Under the pieces are notes generated by a model. The model worked only from the letters and a program-made list of their open reading frames with translations. It had not been told where the DNA came from and did not search any database. Position numbers and translations under genes: made by a program. Below, piece after piece: positions 1 to 13,405 of a stretch of DNA of 64,000 bases. This DNA comes from Vicugna vicugna (taxonomy: Eukaryota). The stretch covers positions 5,640,302 through 5,704,301 of the forward strand of contig MU058065.1 of assembly GCA_013265495.1 (NCBI GenBank), given 5' to 3'. Within the stretch, counting starts at the first letter, position 1; every line of letters begins with the position of its first letter.

Positions 1-464
1 GGAAGGGAAGGAAGGAGGCATGGAATGGGAGATGGACATATTCAGGAACAACCTAGAATGGAGGCTGTATATATCAAAACATCAAAGTTCGTTCCAGTGT
101 GAGATTTTTGTTCAAGAAAAGCGCTTTTCCCACAGTCAACATACTGCAGCTTTTCCACACTATGTTTTTTCAACATACATTTAAATACAAATTCCCATCA
201 GAATAAGAGGAAGGTGTCACATCCTGGGGATGATGGCTAATGCCCAGTGAACAGAAAAAAAACAGAAACTTCATGAATTTTGTCAAGATTAATCTTTTGG
301 TGCCTAAGTAAATCTCCAAGCTTTGATTACAAGAGTCAGCACCTTGGTGAGAAATGGAAGTCAGTGGATTCAACGAAGCATGAAATTTCAGCACAGAATC
401 ATCTACTAGCAGGCATTAATGACTAATAAGCCACCGTTACCACTGATGTAATAAATAACTAAAC

Positions 465-650
465 TTGAGGGCTTGCCAACACTTTCACATGTTAATGCTT
501 TGGATCCTCACAGTCTCAGGAAATAAGTTTTTTTGTGATAATCATTTTACAGAAGGGGAAAACAGGTCTTACTTACTTTACCCAAGATGGATGGGCCCTG
601 ATTTTCTGAACTCTGTGGCTGCACACTGCAGGCCAAAGGTGCTGAGTTAA
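465..650 (-). mobile_element. MIR fragment
   Basis: atcctcaca...cattttacagaaggggaaaacagg, the MIR core in reverse orientation. Confidence 0.55.
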
Positions 651-1150
651 AACCTAACAAGTGATTAGAATTGACTGGAGAAATAGGAACCCGACTCTAA
701 TTAAGGAATTTGCTAATTGCCCTTCTCTCTGCAGACATTACTCCATTCTTGGTCTTTAGCTCTGGCACAGACTTGACCTTAATCATGCTTTCTGCAAAAC
801 AGCAAGGGTCAGAGAATACTGTTTCTGAGTTACATCTGGCCACAAAATGAATCTCTTCTGTACTTTCCAAAGCCACATCACCAAGCCCTTGGAGCACAGA
901 GCTGCCCACTGTCCCTGGAAACCATACAAAGAGCTCCCTGTTTTGAATCTGTCCAGAGCCCACCTTCCTGACTCCCCATCCAGGCTTTCCAAGCCTACGT
1001 GCAAACATTAGATGAATGGGTTTTCCTCACCGTCTCCCACTGAGCACTACAGAAGTGAACTCTACTCAAGGGAAAGGGACAATAGTCTGGAGGAAAGAGC
1101 AGAGGAACCTGGATACTCCTGCGTCTCCTCTCTCTACTCTTTACCACCAC

Positions 1151-1378
1151 AAGCGTAGTGGTTAAGGGCACAGGTTCTGGAAGGAGCTGCCTCGGTTCAA
1201 ACTCTGGTTCTGCCACTAGAAGTATCACTTTGGGCCAAAAACTTACCCTCCCCAGACCCCATTTTATTCATCTGAAAAATACAGATAATCGTGCTAGGAC
1301 CTATCTCACAGAGTTGTTGCGAGGGATCGATATAAAATCCATGCAAAAGCACTTAGAATAGTGCCTGGCACATAAGAA
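1151..1378 (+). mobile_element. MIR SINE (near full length)
   Basis: agcgtagtggttaag...ggttcaaa...ctctgccact...aaagcacttagaatagtgcctggcacataag. Confidence 0.85.
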
Positions 1379-1544
1379 AAGTGGTTTCCACCACATCACT
1401 TTACCCAGGCTCCAAGTCTGTCTGGTTTTCGTGCCATTTCTAAACAGTTGTCAAGCCTGGTCATTGTGTCACTGAATATCTCCCATCTTCTCGCCTTCCT
1501 CTCCTTTCTCTTTGCCACTACTTGAATGCAGACCCAGAGGCAGA

Positions 1545-1880
1545 GTCTACCAAGTCCCCTACACTCCTTCTCCCCTTTCTCCTTAAAAAACTACCCTCAG
1601 TTTTAGCCAGACATACGGCCGCCCAGCTAAAAGACTCCATTTCCCAGACTTCCCTTCAGTTAGATGTGGCCACGTGACAAGTTCCAGCCAATGAGAAGTC
1701 AGCAAAAGTGCCCTGTGGAGCTTTTGGGAAGTCCCCCTTCAAAGAACACATGGTTTTCTGCACCTTTCCTCTATTTGCTGTGGATCAATATTGATAACAA
1801 TGGCAGCTCCCTAGGGACGGCAAAGCCAAGAGCCATGCTTGAAGACTAAATACCTGCTAACTCTGGAGCTTACACATCAG
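1545..1880 (+). mobile_element. MaLR/ERVL LTR fragment (MLT1-like)
   Basis: catttcccagactcccttcagttagatgtggccacgtgacaagttccagccaatgag, typical of old MLT1 LTRs. Confidence 0.6.
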
Positions 1881-1999
1881 TTCCTAACTGCTCACCCCCA
1901 CTTCAGAAAGCTGAAAGCTGCCAATACAGGCAGAGCAAATTAACCCTGCGTGATACACACCCTATCCTACGTAACACCAAGGGCTTCTGACCCTTCTCC

Positions 2000-2360
2000 G
2001 CATCCAACCTCTCTCTCCACCTTGCTGCCAAACTAATCTCCCTAAAGCATGGCTCTACATCCTCACAGAGACTTCAGTGATCCTGCCCCATTGCCCAGTC
2101 TCCTTAGCTGCCATGGTCTGGCCCGTACCCACCTTTCTACACCTACCTCCATTCCTTCTCTTCTGGCCAACCAAACCCAATGACTTCCTGTTTCATACAC
2201 ATATTCTCTTCCTTTAAATTTTATATCCCTGGATCTGGATTGCCCTTCAGGGCTCCAGTGACATTCAGTCTCCTCCATGAAGCCAACCTGCCCTGATCCC
2301 CCAAGCCAAGAGTAATTCTCGGTCCTCAGAACCTCCCTGACACTCACTCCTGCTCGTATC
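2000..2360 (+). mobile_element. L2 LINE fragment
   Basis: Pyrimidine-rich L2 3' region motifs (cagtctcctccatgaagccaacctgccctgatcccc). Confidence 0.5.
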
Positions 2361-4499
2361 AAGGACCCCAGAAGCCTCCCTATGCCGAGACCGGGTCACT
2401 TTCCTGCCCACCTGGCCCCAGGACTTGCTTTCTCATCTTCTCTCTCAGTCTTCTTCCAACCCAGCAGACCCCCACTCTTCTCCCTTGCCTGGCCCAGTCT
2501 CCTCATGCCCTGCCTTCCTCCCTGCCCCTCGAGACAGGGGCACTGGGTCCACCCACTTAAAGGCTTTACCCTCAATCCTTAAATCCCTCAGAGGTAACGT
2601 TAGGGAGGGGGAGGTAACAGACATAATAAACATGAGACAAGTCACTGGCTTAAGGGAGTTCACAAGCCTCTTCGGGCTATGGTCCCTGCTGGCTGGTTCT
2701 TACATCTTCTTGAGCTGGAAGCCATACACAGCAAAGGATGCCTGCCCTTCACCTTCATCCCCACAGGTAGGGCTCACCAAACACCCCACCCCATTTTAAA
2801 TTTGCTGTCAGCATCTTCTGTGAAGGCCCTCTTCCAGCAACTAGGAAACAAATAGAAATAAAAATCCAAAGTAGATTTCTCCTGGCTCAAGTGAACATTG
2901 TGTATCTCAAAGAACCTTCAAAATAGAGAGAAGCTTTTCAGAGGTCCTCTGCTTCAAACGGGATGGAGTCCCTCGGGGCATTTCCTCACATATTCTTTCA
3001 TTGCATTACATCACTTTCTACCTTAATACACCGTACAGTAACTACTTGCTTATTTTTATCCCTCCCCATCCCCAGCTACACTTGACTTCTCTCCAGTTCT
3101 AGTGTAAACTCTTCAGGGAAAGATCTAAATCTGGTGCATCTTTGCAGTCCCACAGAGCATACCTAGACAAATACCTTATATGAGTAGCTACTCATTCCAA
3201 TGTTAGATTAAAATGGATAACGTTAATTAATTAATATTTAATTAATTAAATCAAAGAAGACCAGACCTGGTAGAAAGACTCTCTGGAGAAGATATGGACC
3301 TAAACCATCACACGAAGACTGAGTAGGATTTAGACTTTCTAAGGAGAGAGAGAAATGGTGTGAGCAGGGGGTTCCTGGAACCCTAGATCAAAGTTCTAAA
3401 ATAAGTCTCCCTTGGCCTCTCTCACAAGCACGTATTGTTCCCCTAGACCTCATTTAGAGGGGCCTTCAGCTCTCAGCAGCCTTCTTAGGAACTCAAAAAT
3501 TTCCAAAGTAAGGCATCTTAGGATGCTTCCATCCCCAGTACATTTGGAATACCTGGCCTTCTGGAAAACCAAAGACAGTTTCAAAGGAAACCTCAGGCTC
3601 AGGCCCTGTAGGTTTCCCAGTTTTCCCACCCCCAACAACCTTCATCCAGTTTGGGAATTTAAAAATTATAAAAATAATAATAAAGGCTATGAGGGGCAGG
3701 GAGGCTGACAAAACTTGTTGGAAAAATGTGGTATTCCATGTCCTCCGATCTGCAGAAAAATAGGAAGAGCAGTAGAATGAGGTCAGATTCATCTTTGATG
3801 GAGCCTTTTAAGTGAAATTGTCTGGACTTGCAACCAAGGCAAGAAATTCTACCTCTGGAAGCAAAACATTTACTTTAAAGACAGGCTATTGATCCCAAAA
3901 TAATTACTGATGGTGAAGAAAGGAGTCAAACCAATTAGGTTTTCTCTTCAAGTTGATCCCATCCCATTTCTCAGTGCCCCCTGTGAAATCTTTATGTAAT
4001 CCTGGGTGAGTCCCTCGCAACTGCAGGAGGTCACAGATGAGAGGGACGGTCTGACCCAGGCTTCATGCGGGGCAGATGTCCCCTGCTTCATGCCAGTTGA
4101 GAGGCAGGAACTGTGCTCCTAGGCTCCGGTCTCTGATTATCTGTTTATGTGAAGTTATATGTAACTGGAACCTCTTTGAAAGCTGAGCCGTATGGAAGCC
4201 ATTTAAAATTATTTCACTTCCAATGTTAAACCAGCTAGAGCTGTTTTCATGCAAGAGGAGGACCACTTCAGAGACTGTCAAGGTTCAGAATACGCCACAG
4301 GTGACAGGTGTCTGAGTATTTGAAGAACTTCCTGCGTCCAAGATAACCTTGACTGGAGGAGTGGGCAGGGGAATTTTAAAGGAAATATGAACTTTGCCTA
4401 CAAAGCTGGAGCCCATGAAACATTTACCCAGACCTCATTTTAGAAAACGCATTGACCAGGTGGAACCACTGAGTTTCCTTGGGAGGCCTCACAGTGGCG

Positions 4500-4725
4500 A
4501 GGATGGACTGTGGGCTTTGGTGCTGGACAGAGCTGGGCTAAGTAAACCTGGGAAAGTTACTAAATCTCCCAGAGCCTCGGGTTATTTATCCGTTAGAGGC
4601 GGGAAATAATTCCTACTTACAGGGTTGTTATTCTAAAAATTAAGTGAAATAATGTACATGAAACTACTAGCACTTTGGTTTGGCACGAGGCCATCACTCC
4701 ACTATATGACAGCTATTATCCTACT
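4500..4725 (+). mobile_element. MIR SINE
   Basis: aagttactaaatctcccagagcctcgggttatttatccgt...cagggttgtt...aagtgaaataatgtacatgaaa. Confidence 0.7.
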
Positions 4726-5057
4726 TATTATTTTAAGTCATAATTATATGTTTGGAGTAGTAGGTCAGGACAAGTCTACAACATACAACTGACTTTGCTT
4801 AGACAAGAAGAGTTTGCAAGGGCCTGGGAAAATTGGAACAAGAGAAATGCAATCTCCAATTTCACAGCTATTACATAAATCCCCAAACTTTTTATCTTTT
4901 TCCATCTTCTTCCCAATTCTCAGCCCTTCTAAGCAGAGTGATGCATCCCAGAACTTTAGCACAGGGTACAACATTCAGAGCCAAGGACTCCAGGGAAACC
5001 AGGAAATCAACTTTCATCCTCTTGAAACCGAGCAGTACCCTCCAGGACTCTCTCTGG

Positions 5058-5664
5058 TGTAGGAGCCCCATCCCCACCCCCATATCCTCCACCTCTTGAA
5101 GTAAAAGCCTTAGCTTCAGGCCTCCCCTGAGTCTTGAAAGGCTGGATCCAGAGTTAATGATTAAGAAAATGTAAACGTGTAGTAACAAAAAATAGCTGTT
5201 GGGTCAGGAAACCGGTAAGAGTTTAAGCAATAGATCAGTCTTATAGCAAGTCACAGGACCTTTAGCTCATCCCTGAAGGATATAGATATCAGTGCCTGAT
5301 GCACATTCCTTAGTTGTTTTTACAGAGGCCAGACTCCCACCAGATGGAAACTGCTGACCACAAGCATGTAGACCCTGGACCGATTGGGACCAGAAGGTTG
5401 ATGATGTTGACTCCCAACACATCATCCTGTTGTATCTCCACCAACCAATCAGAATAATGTCCATGAGCTGACCAGGCACCCAGTAACACACACCTCTAAT
5501 GTTGCCTTTAAAAATCTTTCCCTGAAAGCCATCAGGGAGTTTGGGTCTTCAACTTGCTTGGTGCCCTGCAATAAACACTGTACTTTCCTTCACCACAACC
5601 CAGTGTCAATAGATTGGCTTTGCCGTGCATTGGGTGAGTGGACCCAAACCCAGGTCTGATAACA
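5058..5664 (+). mobile_element. Solo ERV LTR (ERV1-like), about 607 bp
   Basis: TG...CA termini (TGTAGG...TAACA), imperfect 4-bp flanks CTGG/CTGT, TATA-like TTTAAAAA near 5507, AATAAA at 5570-5575. Confidence 0.7.
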
Positions 5665-8600
5665 CTGTTACATAATGAAAGCACGTATCTACATGAAAGA
5701 CACAGTAAGCTGACCCATCACAGAGTCATGGAAGCTAGGATATATTTGGATCAGATGAGCATATGCACGACACTGGCCTATGGTCAGAGGTATGACCAAC
5801 CCTGGTTTGGAAGTCCTCCCATTGGAAGTTTAATTTATAAATTAAACAATCATTTCAATAGTACGCAGTTGCCTCAGCAGACAGAAGAAGCCTGGAGGTA
5901 GCTCCTTGAAAACCCATTACACTTCATCAGTTGCCCTTAAATTTCAGATGTGTCAGTTGGCACTTACAGCTGTAATCCAACCAACATGTAATCTTGGTTT
6001 ACAGCTTGGTAATCCAACCAACATGTGAAAAAAGGTAGAGATAAGTGAGAGACAATATTCAACCTTTTTTGACAGCAGGTGTGACATGGATATGAACCAA
6101 TCAGACATGAGCCCTAGTCAGAAAGGAAACAAACACTTTGTGGTCCTTTTCCACAAACACTGGCCCCAACAGGACAATTGCATGTTGACTGACAAGCTTG
6201 AATGGAATTAATTTTTCTTCACACTGGTGGGCAGAATGCACATTACCCAGCTAGCACCAGCTTTACACAAAAAAAACTGAATGCCAAGTTTAATCCTGTG
6301 TGATTGAAAAAAGCTGAGCTCCACAACCCCCAAAGTGGGTTTAAATGCAGAACTCAACAGGCTTGTAATTACATGCAATACCACAAGTGAGCATGACTAT
6401 AATACCATTTTACTACACAAAGGAGAACTATTGAGTTCTATTCACAAGAGAAAGTGCTACAAAGATTCCTCTCTCAGTAGGATAAAAAAAGATACATCAC
6501 AGCATATATTTTCCAGTAATTTATTCTTATGAAACCAAACATAAAGGATAATGCACCTGATTTCCTTATTTTTAATGCACCCTGGAGAATTCAAGCAAAC
6601 CAGGAGAAGCAAGAACAATGATGGGACCCATCCCAATTTCAGCAGATGAGGAGGCAGATCATCCTACTGTGAGAAGTGAACTTGTTTTGGCCCTTGACTG
6701 CCCTTCCTCCTCCATATATCCTCATGCCCCATTCCCCACCAGGCAAGACCACACAAAATCCACCCCAAACAGACAAGATGTTCCTCTGTCAAAGGACCCT
6801 GGGAAAGTCCACTTCGCCTTCATCTCAGTGACTAATTCCCCTCATTGTCAGAAAACCCTACCTCACATTGAAGCCTTATGTAAGGGAGATGGCCAGCCTT
6901 TCAGACTCACCCATATTTCCCCTGAGGGCGTTCATGCTGCATCCTCCTCCACAGTATGGGCACTTGAGCCACCTGCCTTACTGAGTTAGTGGGTATTCTC
7001 ACCTGCAGGGACCCCTGGGAGAGCCTTGGGAACACAGCCCAAGCAGGCAGGAGGGACGAGCCAAGAACATGGTGCCAGGTGGCAGGATGCCCGTCATCAC
7101 AGCACTCCCTCTGCTCCCATCCTCACCCAGTTCCTTGACTGAAAACCAGCCCCAGAACTCAGGAACCAGATGGGCTCAGCTTTCACCACCTCATGGACAA
7201 GAGCCCCAGGCACCTTCACTTCACCAAGTCTTCTCCCAGATGCTAGTCCCAAAATGCCTATAGTCACACCCCGTTTTCTGAAAGATGGAACCATCACCGT
7301 TCTTAAGTATGTCTGCAGGGGTCCCAGATTTCTTCACGGGAATGGTGTAGGCAGTACTTTCAGAGATTCGAGTATTTATTCTTCTTAAGATAAACAAGGT
7401 ATCTTTCTCACCCTCTTCAGCTAGAACAGAGGGAAAATACAGATTTAATCTCCAGTAGAGCACACTGTTGTGTATATGGTGTACGTTTTAAAAAAATTCT
7501 CTGTATAGTGGATGTAGAGTATAATTGGTGAATCTTCCCCATGCAATCCTTGAATATTATTGTAGAAAACCTCCCCGTTAATCTTTTTTCTCAGAATTAC
7601 TTCCTCCTTCCCCAAGCAGCAGCCATGGGAAGGCACCTCACAGACCTCCAACTCCAAGATGCACAATTAACCAAGGGCCCCAGGGGCTGCATTCCAGAAC
7701 TCTAGTGCCACCTTCACACCAAGGCCACACTTTCCACCAGCTGCTCCTGGCCAATGGCTGAGCCCAGCAGGTCCACAACGAGGCTGGCGGCTGGCTTAGC
7801 TCTAAGATTCCCCAGTGAGCGTGCTAAACCTTCATTGCCCGCATGGCAGTCTAGGTCATTGCCAGCCAACCTCCCCTCCTCCTTCACGCCACTCAGACTT
7901 GGCATCACAGTCCAACAGCTCTCCCCTAGCTTCTCTTGGAGAGGCGTATTCCTAATAAAATCCTTGCATGTTTAATCCTGTCTCCATATCTACTTCCCCC
8001 AGGACCCAGAAAAACACAGGTCTCAAGAAAAGAAAGACAACAGTTGTTTACTTGGAATCTGGGACCCTCCAGCCCTCATTCTTCACCCCTCAAGCATCCA
8101 CGGAGCGTTTACTGTGCACTTGGCGCTGTTGGTGTGGGGGGCACGAGCACAGTGCTCCCAGGAGGGGACAGGTGGGGAAAGGAGATAAGTCAGGTCAGAA
8201 TCTGCCAGTCTAACCTGGACTCTGGGCACTGCCGAGCACTCAGCACGACTCCCTCCAGTCTCTAACGAGAGGGAAGACACTAACCCATTTCTGATACCAC
8301 CCCCTCTGCAGAACGTTCTACACCTTTAGTAGAACGGCATATATGTAATGAACATCTAGCCTGTTTGATGGGCGGGACACAAGTACAGGGAAGGCAGACG
8401 AGGAGGCTGAAGGGTTAGAAACCACATAGGAAATAGATCCCAGCATGAAGCCAAATGTAAAATGAAACTGAACTTACTTTTAACAGGCCTTTAACATGAA
8501 AACCCATAAAGTCATGGTCCATCAGGTGCTCTTGCTGAAAAAAACTTTCTTAAACCAATTTAGAGTCTTAATGAAAATGAACCTGGTGGGATGAGAAAAC

Positions 8601-11600
8601 ATTGTTAACCATCAAAACTGTCGCCTAATCATGGCTAACGAGGGCTCTCATGCCTGTACTTGACTGAGGATTAAGATGCTGACGGCAAGTTTATTAAATG
8701 AACTCATTGTAATAACACACCCAGCTAACCCTGCACAGCTTTGCTCCGTGGTTCACGGTGGGTACCATTTAACTAAGAGCATGGAGCTGATGGGCCTTGA
8801 TGATCAGGCTAATCCGCCTTTTCATTAGGACCTGGGGGGTGTGACAAAAAGGAATTTCATCATGATCTGAAGACAGGTTGGATCAGATGAGTGACAGCAG
8901 ATGAGTCTTTCTCCCCCCAAGAAAATCAAGGGGCCTAAAACTTGTTAAATCTCCACATCTGTCACTAGGTGCTTAAACACCCTCAAAGAGCTTTTACCAA
9001 GACAGACCAGAAAGAGCAAACAGAGAAAAATGTGGGGCTTAGGCCAACTGCATCAAGCCAACTTTGCGTTGCAGTGCAGTTTGCTTAACCAGACGTTGGA
9101 AGTCAAAGGCATTCTGGAAGGTCTCCCTCAAACTGGGGGATGATGGCTAACAGAGCCAGCTCCAGGCAAACTCTGAATAAGCCTGCTTTCCGCCGCTCCC
9201 TCCCTCCCTTCCCTTTTCCCATCCTGAAATGCCCTCCCCCATCTCTGTCTCCTGTTTGAATTCCAGGACCCAATTCAGGGAGGGAAGGGAAGGGGAGGAA
9301 AGGGTAGTTGTTAAAGGTTCCATTTAGTCATCTTCCTCCTCCCCCCAGCATCACATACTCACCACATGGGGGATCTGCCGATATATTTCTAAGAATAGGG
9401 ATGTCTGAATTGGAACTTGTCCCCTTCCTGCACCATAATCACCCTCAAAAATCTCCAAACACTTATCGACAATCTACTCCACCTGGGCTTCATCTCTGGT
9501 GCCCTGGGATGATGAAGGAAGAGGACTGGTTTCCAGCAGAGGGGACAGCTGGTAAGTAAGACATGGTGGCAGTCCCAGGGGAAGACAAAGGGAACGCCAC
9601 AGGTCAATGTAAGCACAGGCGAAAAAAACTACATTAGAGGAAGGTGACCTAGGTGTCTAGTATATACAAAGGCAGACACTAGGTCACATGTGTACACTAG
9701 TTTGTATGTGTTGGTTTTTTAATTTAATGCTGTGGCATACATAATCAAAACAAAGGATGCTTTGTGATAATGTAGGCTTATCTGAAGGATGGTATTTACA
9801 TTTCCTTACAAAAATATCTGACCTTCCAGGAGGTTCCCGATATAGTTTCTAAATAATCTTTGCTAAAAACCCAAAGCATAAAAATTAAGACGACCTGGTG
9901 TGAGAGTGAGCCTTCAAAGGATCTTAATCCTAAAAGTGGACAGTTTTACCATGGGGCGGGGGGAGGGGAGTGTAAAGGGCTGAAAGCAAACACAGCCTCA
10001 AACAAGTAACCAAGGCTCAGAGAGGTTAAGAGTCTTGTCAAAGGTCACACAGTGCAGAAGTTCCAGGAGCCAGGTCCCCACCCATCAAGTGCTGGATTCT
10101 TTCCACTCTAATCTGACCTGAGCATGTGTCCTTGCCTGTTCTCTGAAAAAGAAAAAAACCAAAATGACTCACTTTTCAAGTTCTGAATATTTTGACACTA
10201 GAACTTCTGTAAAATAGTAAAGCCTTGTTTCATGTTTTTTTTTTTAACAGAGATGTTTTCCCCCAGGAGTCAGCTCGGGTCCTCTCCTTCGCCCCTCCCA
10301 CCTCCATACTTAGTTCAAGGCTCTGGATTTATTTCGTCGTGGTTGGAGTAAAGAAAGAAGGGAGGAGATGGTGTCAGGGCGCCTCTAATAAGCATAAACT
10401 GGCTGGCTGCTAAATCCTTTTCAAGAATTGAAGCTTTTGCTGTCTCACTGCTTTTCAGTCAAATTACAGGGCATGATGTTTTGGATGATTAGGTCTGTGA
10501 TGAAACTGGTGACAGAAGCTATTTCAGAACCCACAGTGGTTCTTTTAAATCAGAACACGAAGACCTGCCAAAGATACTCTAACTAAAACGATTTCAGCCC
10601 GTTGCAGTCTTCTGCACATGTCAATATTCTCTCCTTTGCAAAGGTAATCAATAACTAAAGAGAAAAAAGCAAATCTTGGTGAAAAAATAGATTTGGCATC
10701 CTTAGCTGTATAAACAGCATGTCAGTTCTGCCTTTCAGTTGTACTTTTTGGCCCTCATTAGTTGGGCTTTTTTCTCTGATAAGCTGTCCTCCGAACAATT
10801 TTTGTTCTCTAACTGTGTTTACTTTTGAAATTGAATTTTTTTTTCCATTCCCAAGTGTGCCAAGTATGCTCGTGTAGACAATCCAAGCTCACACAGCACA
10901 CAGTGGAGTTAAGATCTGATAACAATCTGATTTAGTTTGATCATCAAGGAGCATCAAATCAATTCTTTTAGTCCCAAATGCCCATTTTCAGGTCTGAGAG
11001 ATTCTGAGTAGCTCTGAAGCTCAATCATGTTAACTGAGTAACAGCCAAACTTCCAACACCCTGGGTGCTGCAGGCAGAGATCTCATCTAACTGTTGTTAA
11101 CAAGCATGAACTATTGCAAATGAGTCGCCACTGGCTTTTGGATTAATTCACAGCTTACTCTATGCAGAATTTTCCAGAGCAAACCTCCCAGGCTATGTTG
11201 TTGGTCACAACCACAAAGAACATGGTTGAGTTGGATGGTGTTTTCCTCCATCTTGATGAGCGCTGAAACAGGTACAGTATTTAGAAAATGGTCAGGAACT
11301 CCCTCCCTGAGGCAGCTGCTTGTCCCCCTCTCCCTCCTCGGGTGTTCCCAATACCCTTCTCTGCCTGATCGATACCCCCAAGAGAGAAACAGATTCAAAG
11401 ACAACTACATCATACTTCCTTTTGGCAAGGGGGATCATGCTTTCCTCTAGAACCCCTTAAGGGGGTTTGTTTCCTGCCCTGAATTCACTGCAGATTTGGT
11501 ATACTACAGAGCGTAGGAAATAGCAAGTAAACGCCTTGCCTTTAATCCCACATCGTGGGGAGGAGCGAGCTGGCTGCAGTCTAACGCCCTGAGCGATATC

Positions 11601-12141
11601 CCCCTCTCCAGCTGCACTTGAGTTGCTAGAAACAGAGAACTCCATGACGTGGTGAATATCTGTTCCATCAAACTGCGTGTGATATTGTAACAGGGAACAT
11701 TATAAGTAAATATATGAGTTACTAGAATTTTTCAAAAACAGAAACAAATTTTGAGAAGTATGAAATAAGCTAATAAATGTGGACGTGCTGTGTAAATGAT
11801 AAAGCAGATAACTGCTTGCTTTGATACATGTAAATACAAAAATTCTAAAGTGCACCTTTGTGACAAATAAGACATTTCGCTTACAAGAGACCCAAGAACT
11901 GCTAACTCTGTCTTCTGCCTGCTTCTGTTATGGTTCCTCCCGGGAAAGTCCTCAGATGGTAGGGAAGTCGTTGTCCTTTGGACTTCCTCAGCAGGCTGAA
12001 CTTAATGGTTCGCAGGGCTCTCTGTGACTGAGTGAGCCGAGGATAAGAAGAAGGGTGGTGTTCTCAAGTGTACAGACTGAAGAGGAAGAGGAAGATCCCC
12101 CGACTTCTTACAGGTGACCAGTAAGAGTGACAGGAATATGC

Positions 12142-12806
12142 CAATAGGGTGATGGGTAATGTTTAACAATTTCTCCCTGGGGGAAAACAAATGTGCATAT
12201 AAGGCCATACTATGTACATAATTTTTTACTATGTACTTTTACTAATATAAAGGACATATAATGCTCAATTATCAATAATAACAAATTATACAATACTTTT
12301 TATTATAAATCCCATGTAACCAATGGAACCACACAACTTTTTTTTTGCCGAATTCCTGTATCCATAGTCCACCTATGGTTACAAATGGCAAACGAATCTT
12401 GTTACAGCATGAATGTTGGTGACAGTTTTCTTTACATTTTTTACATCTTTACAAGACAAAAGAAAGTGAAATAATGAAGATGTATGTCTGAATTTCACTT
12501 GCTCATCAGCAACGGGAGTCACGTCCTTGCTGAATCAGATCAGATCATAGTTCCAAATGCCAGGAGAATTTCCTCCATTTTTTGGATGATTCTGAACGTA
12601 ACAGGTACAGACATAACACACTTTTTAAGTTTCACATGCATTATTCACATTTTCTCCATTACTTTCTTAAGTCTAGGCAATCAACAAAGCAATAATTCAA
12701 GCCCTAATTTGTAGTATCTGCAGAGAGATTTCTAGGGTGTAGATACCCCCATCATGGCTGATTCCAAGCTACCAACATGATGCCACGGATCGCTGGTATG
12801 GGAGAA
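12142..12806 (+). mobile_element. hAT-Tip100-type DNA transposon fossil (Arthur1/Zaphod-like)
   Basis: Terminal-like caatagggtgatgggtaatgtttaacaa; internal gctgattccaagctaccaacatgatgccac shared with the element at 43700. Confidence 0.55.
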
Positions 12807-12809
12807 AGG

Positions 12810-13405
12810 CTAGAGACTGAGTTAATGATCAATCATTCCTGTATGATGGAGCCTCTATAAACATCCCAATAGCATGGGGTTTGGAGAGCTTTCAGGTAGG
12901 TGAACACATCACATGTCACGAGGGTGGCACCCCTTAGCCCCACAAGGACAGAAGCTCCTGCACTTGGGACCCTTCCAGATCTCATCCTATGTACCTCTTC
13001 ATCTGACTGTTCATCTGTATCAGTCATTATAGAATAAACTGGTAAACATAAGTGTTCTCCTAAGTTCTGTGAGCTTTTCTAGCAAACGATCAAATCTAAG
13101 GAGGAAAGTCGTCGGAACCTCTAATTTGTAACCAGGTGGAACAGAAGTTGTGGGTAACCAGGAGACCTATTACTTGTGATTGGCATCTGAAGCAGGGGGC
13201 ATTCTTATGGGATGGAGCCCTTAAGCTGCAGGGTCCACAATAACTCCAGTTGGTGTTAGTATCAAAGTGAACTGCAGGACACCCAGCTGGTACTACAGAA
13301 TTGCTCGAGGTGTGGAAAACCCACATGTGTTGGAAGTGTCTTAAGTGTGGTAGTACTGTGAGAGTAAAGTAGAAACACAAGAAGAGTGTGGTTTTTCCTT
13401 TATAC
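12810..13405 (+). mobile_element. ERVL LTR (MER21-like)
   Basis: ttaatgatcaatcat...gacagaagctcctgcacttgggacccttccagatctcatcctatgtacctcttcatctg...aataaactggtaaac. Confidence 0.75.

Noticed and set aside
3180..3250. 16-bp palindrome ATGAGTAGCTACTCAT and adjacent (TTAA)n tract
   Set aside because: Appears to lie in a decayed L2 3' end and low-complexity tail; likely incidental.
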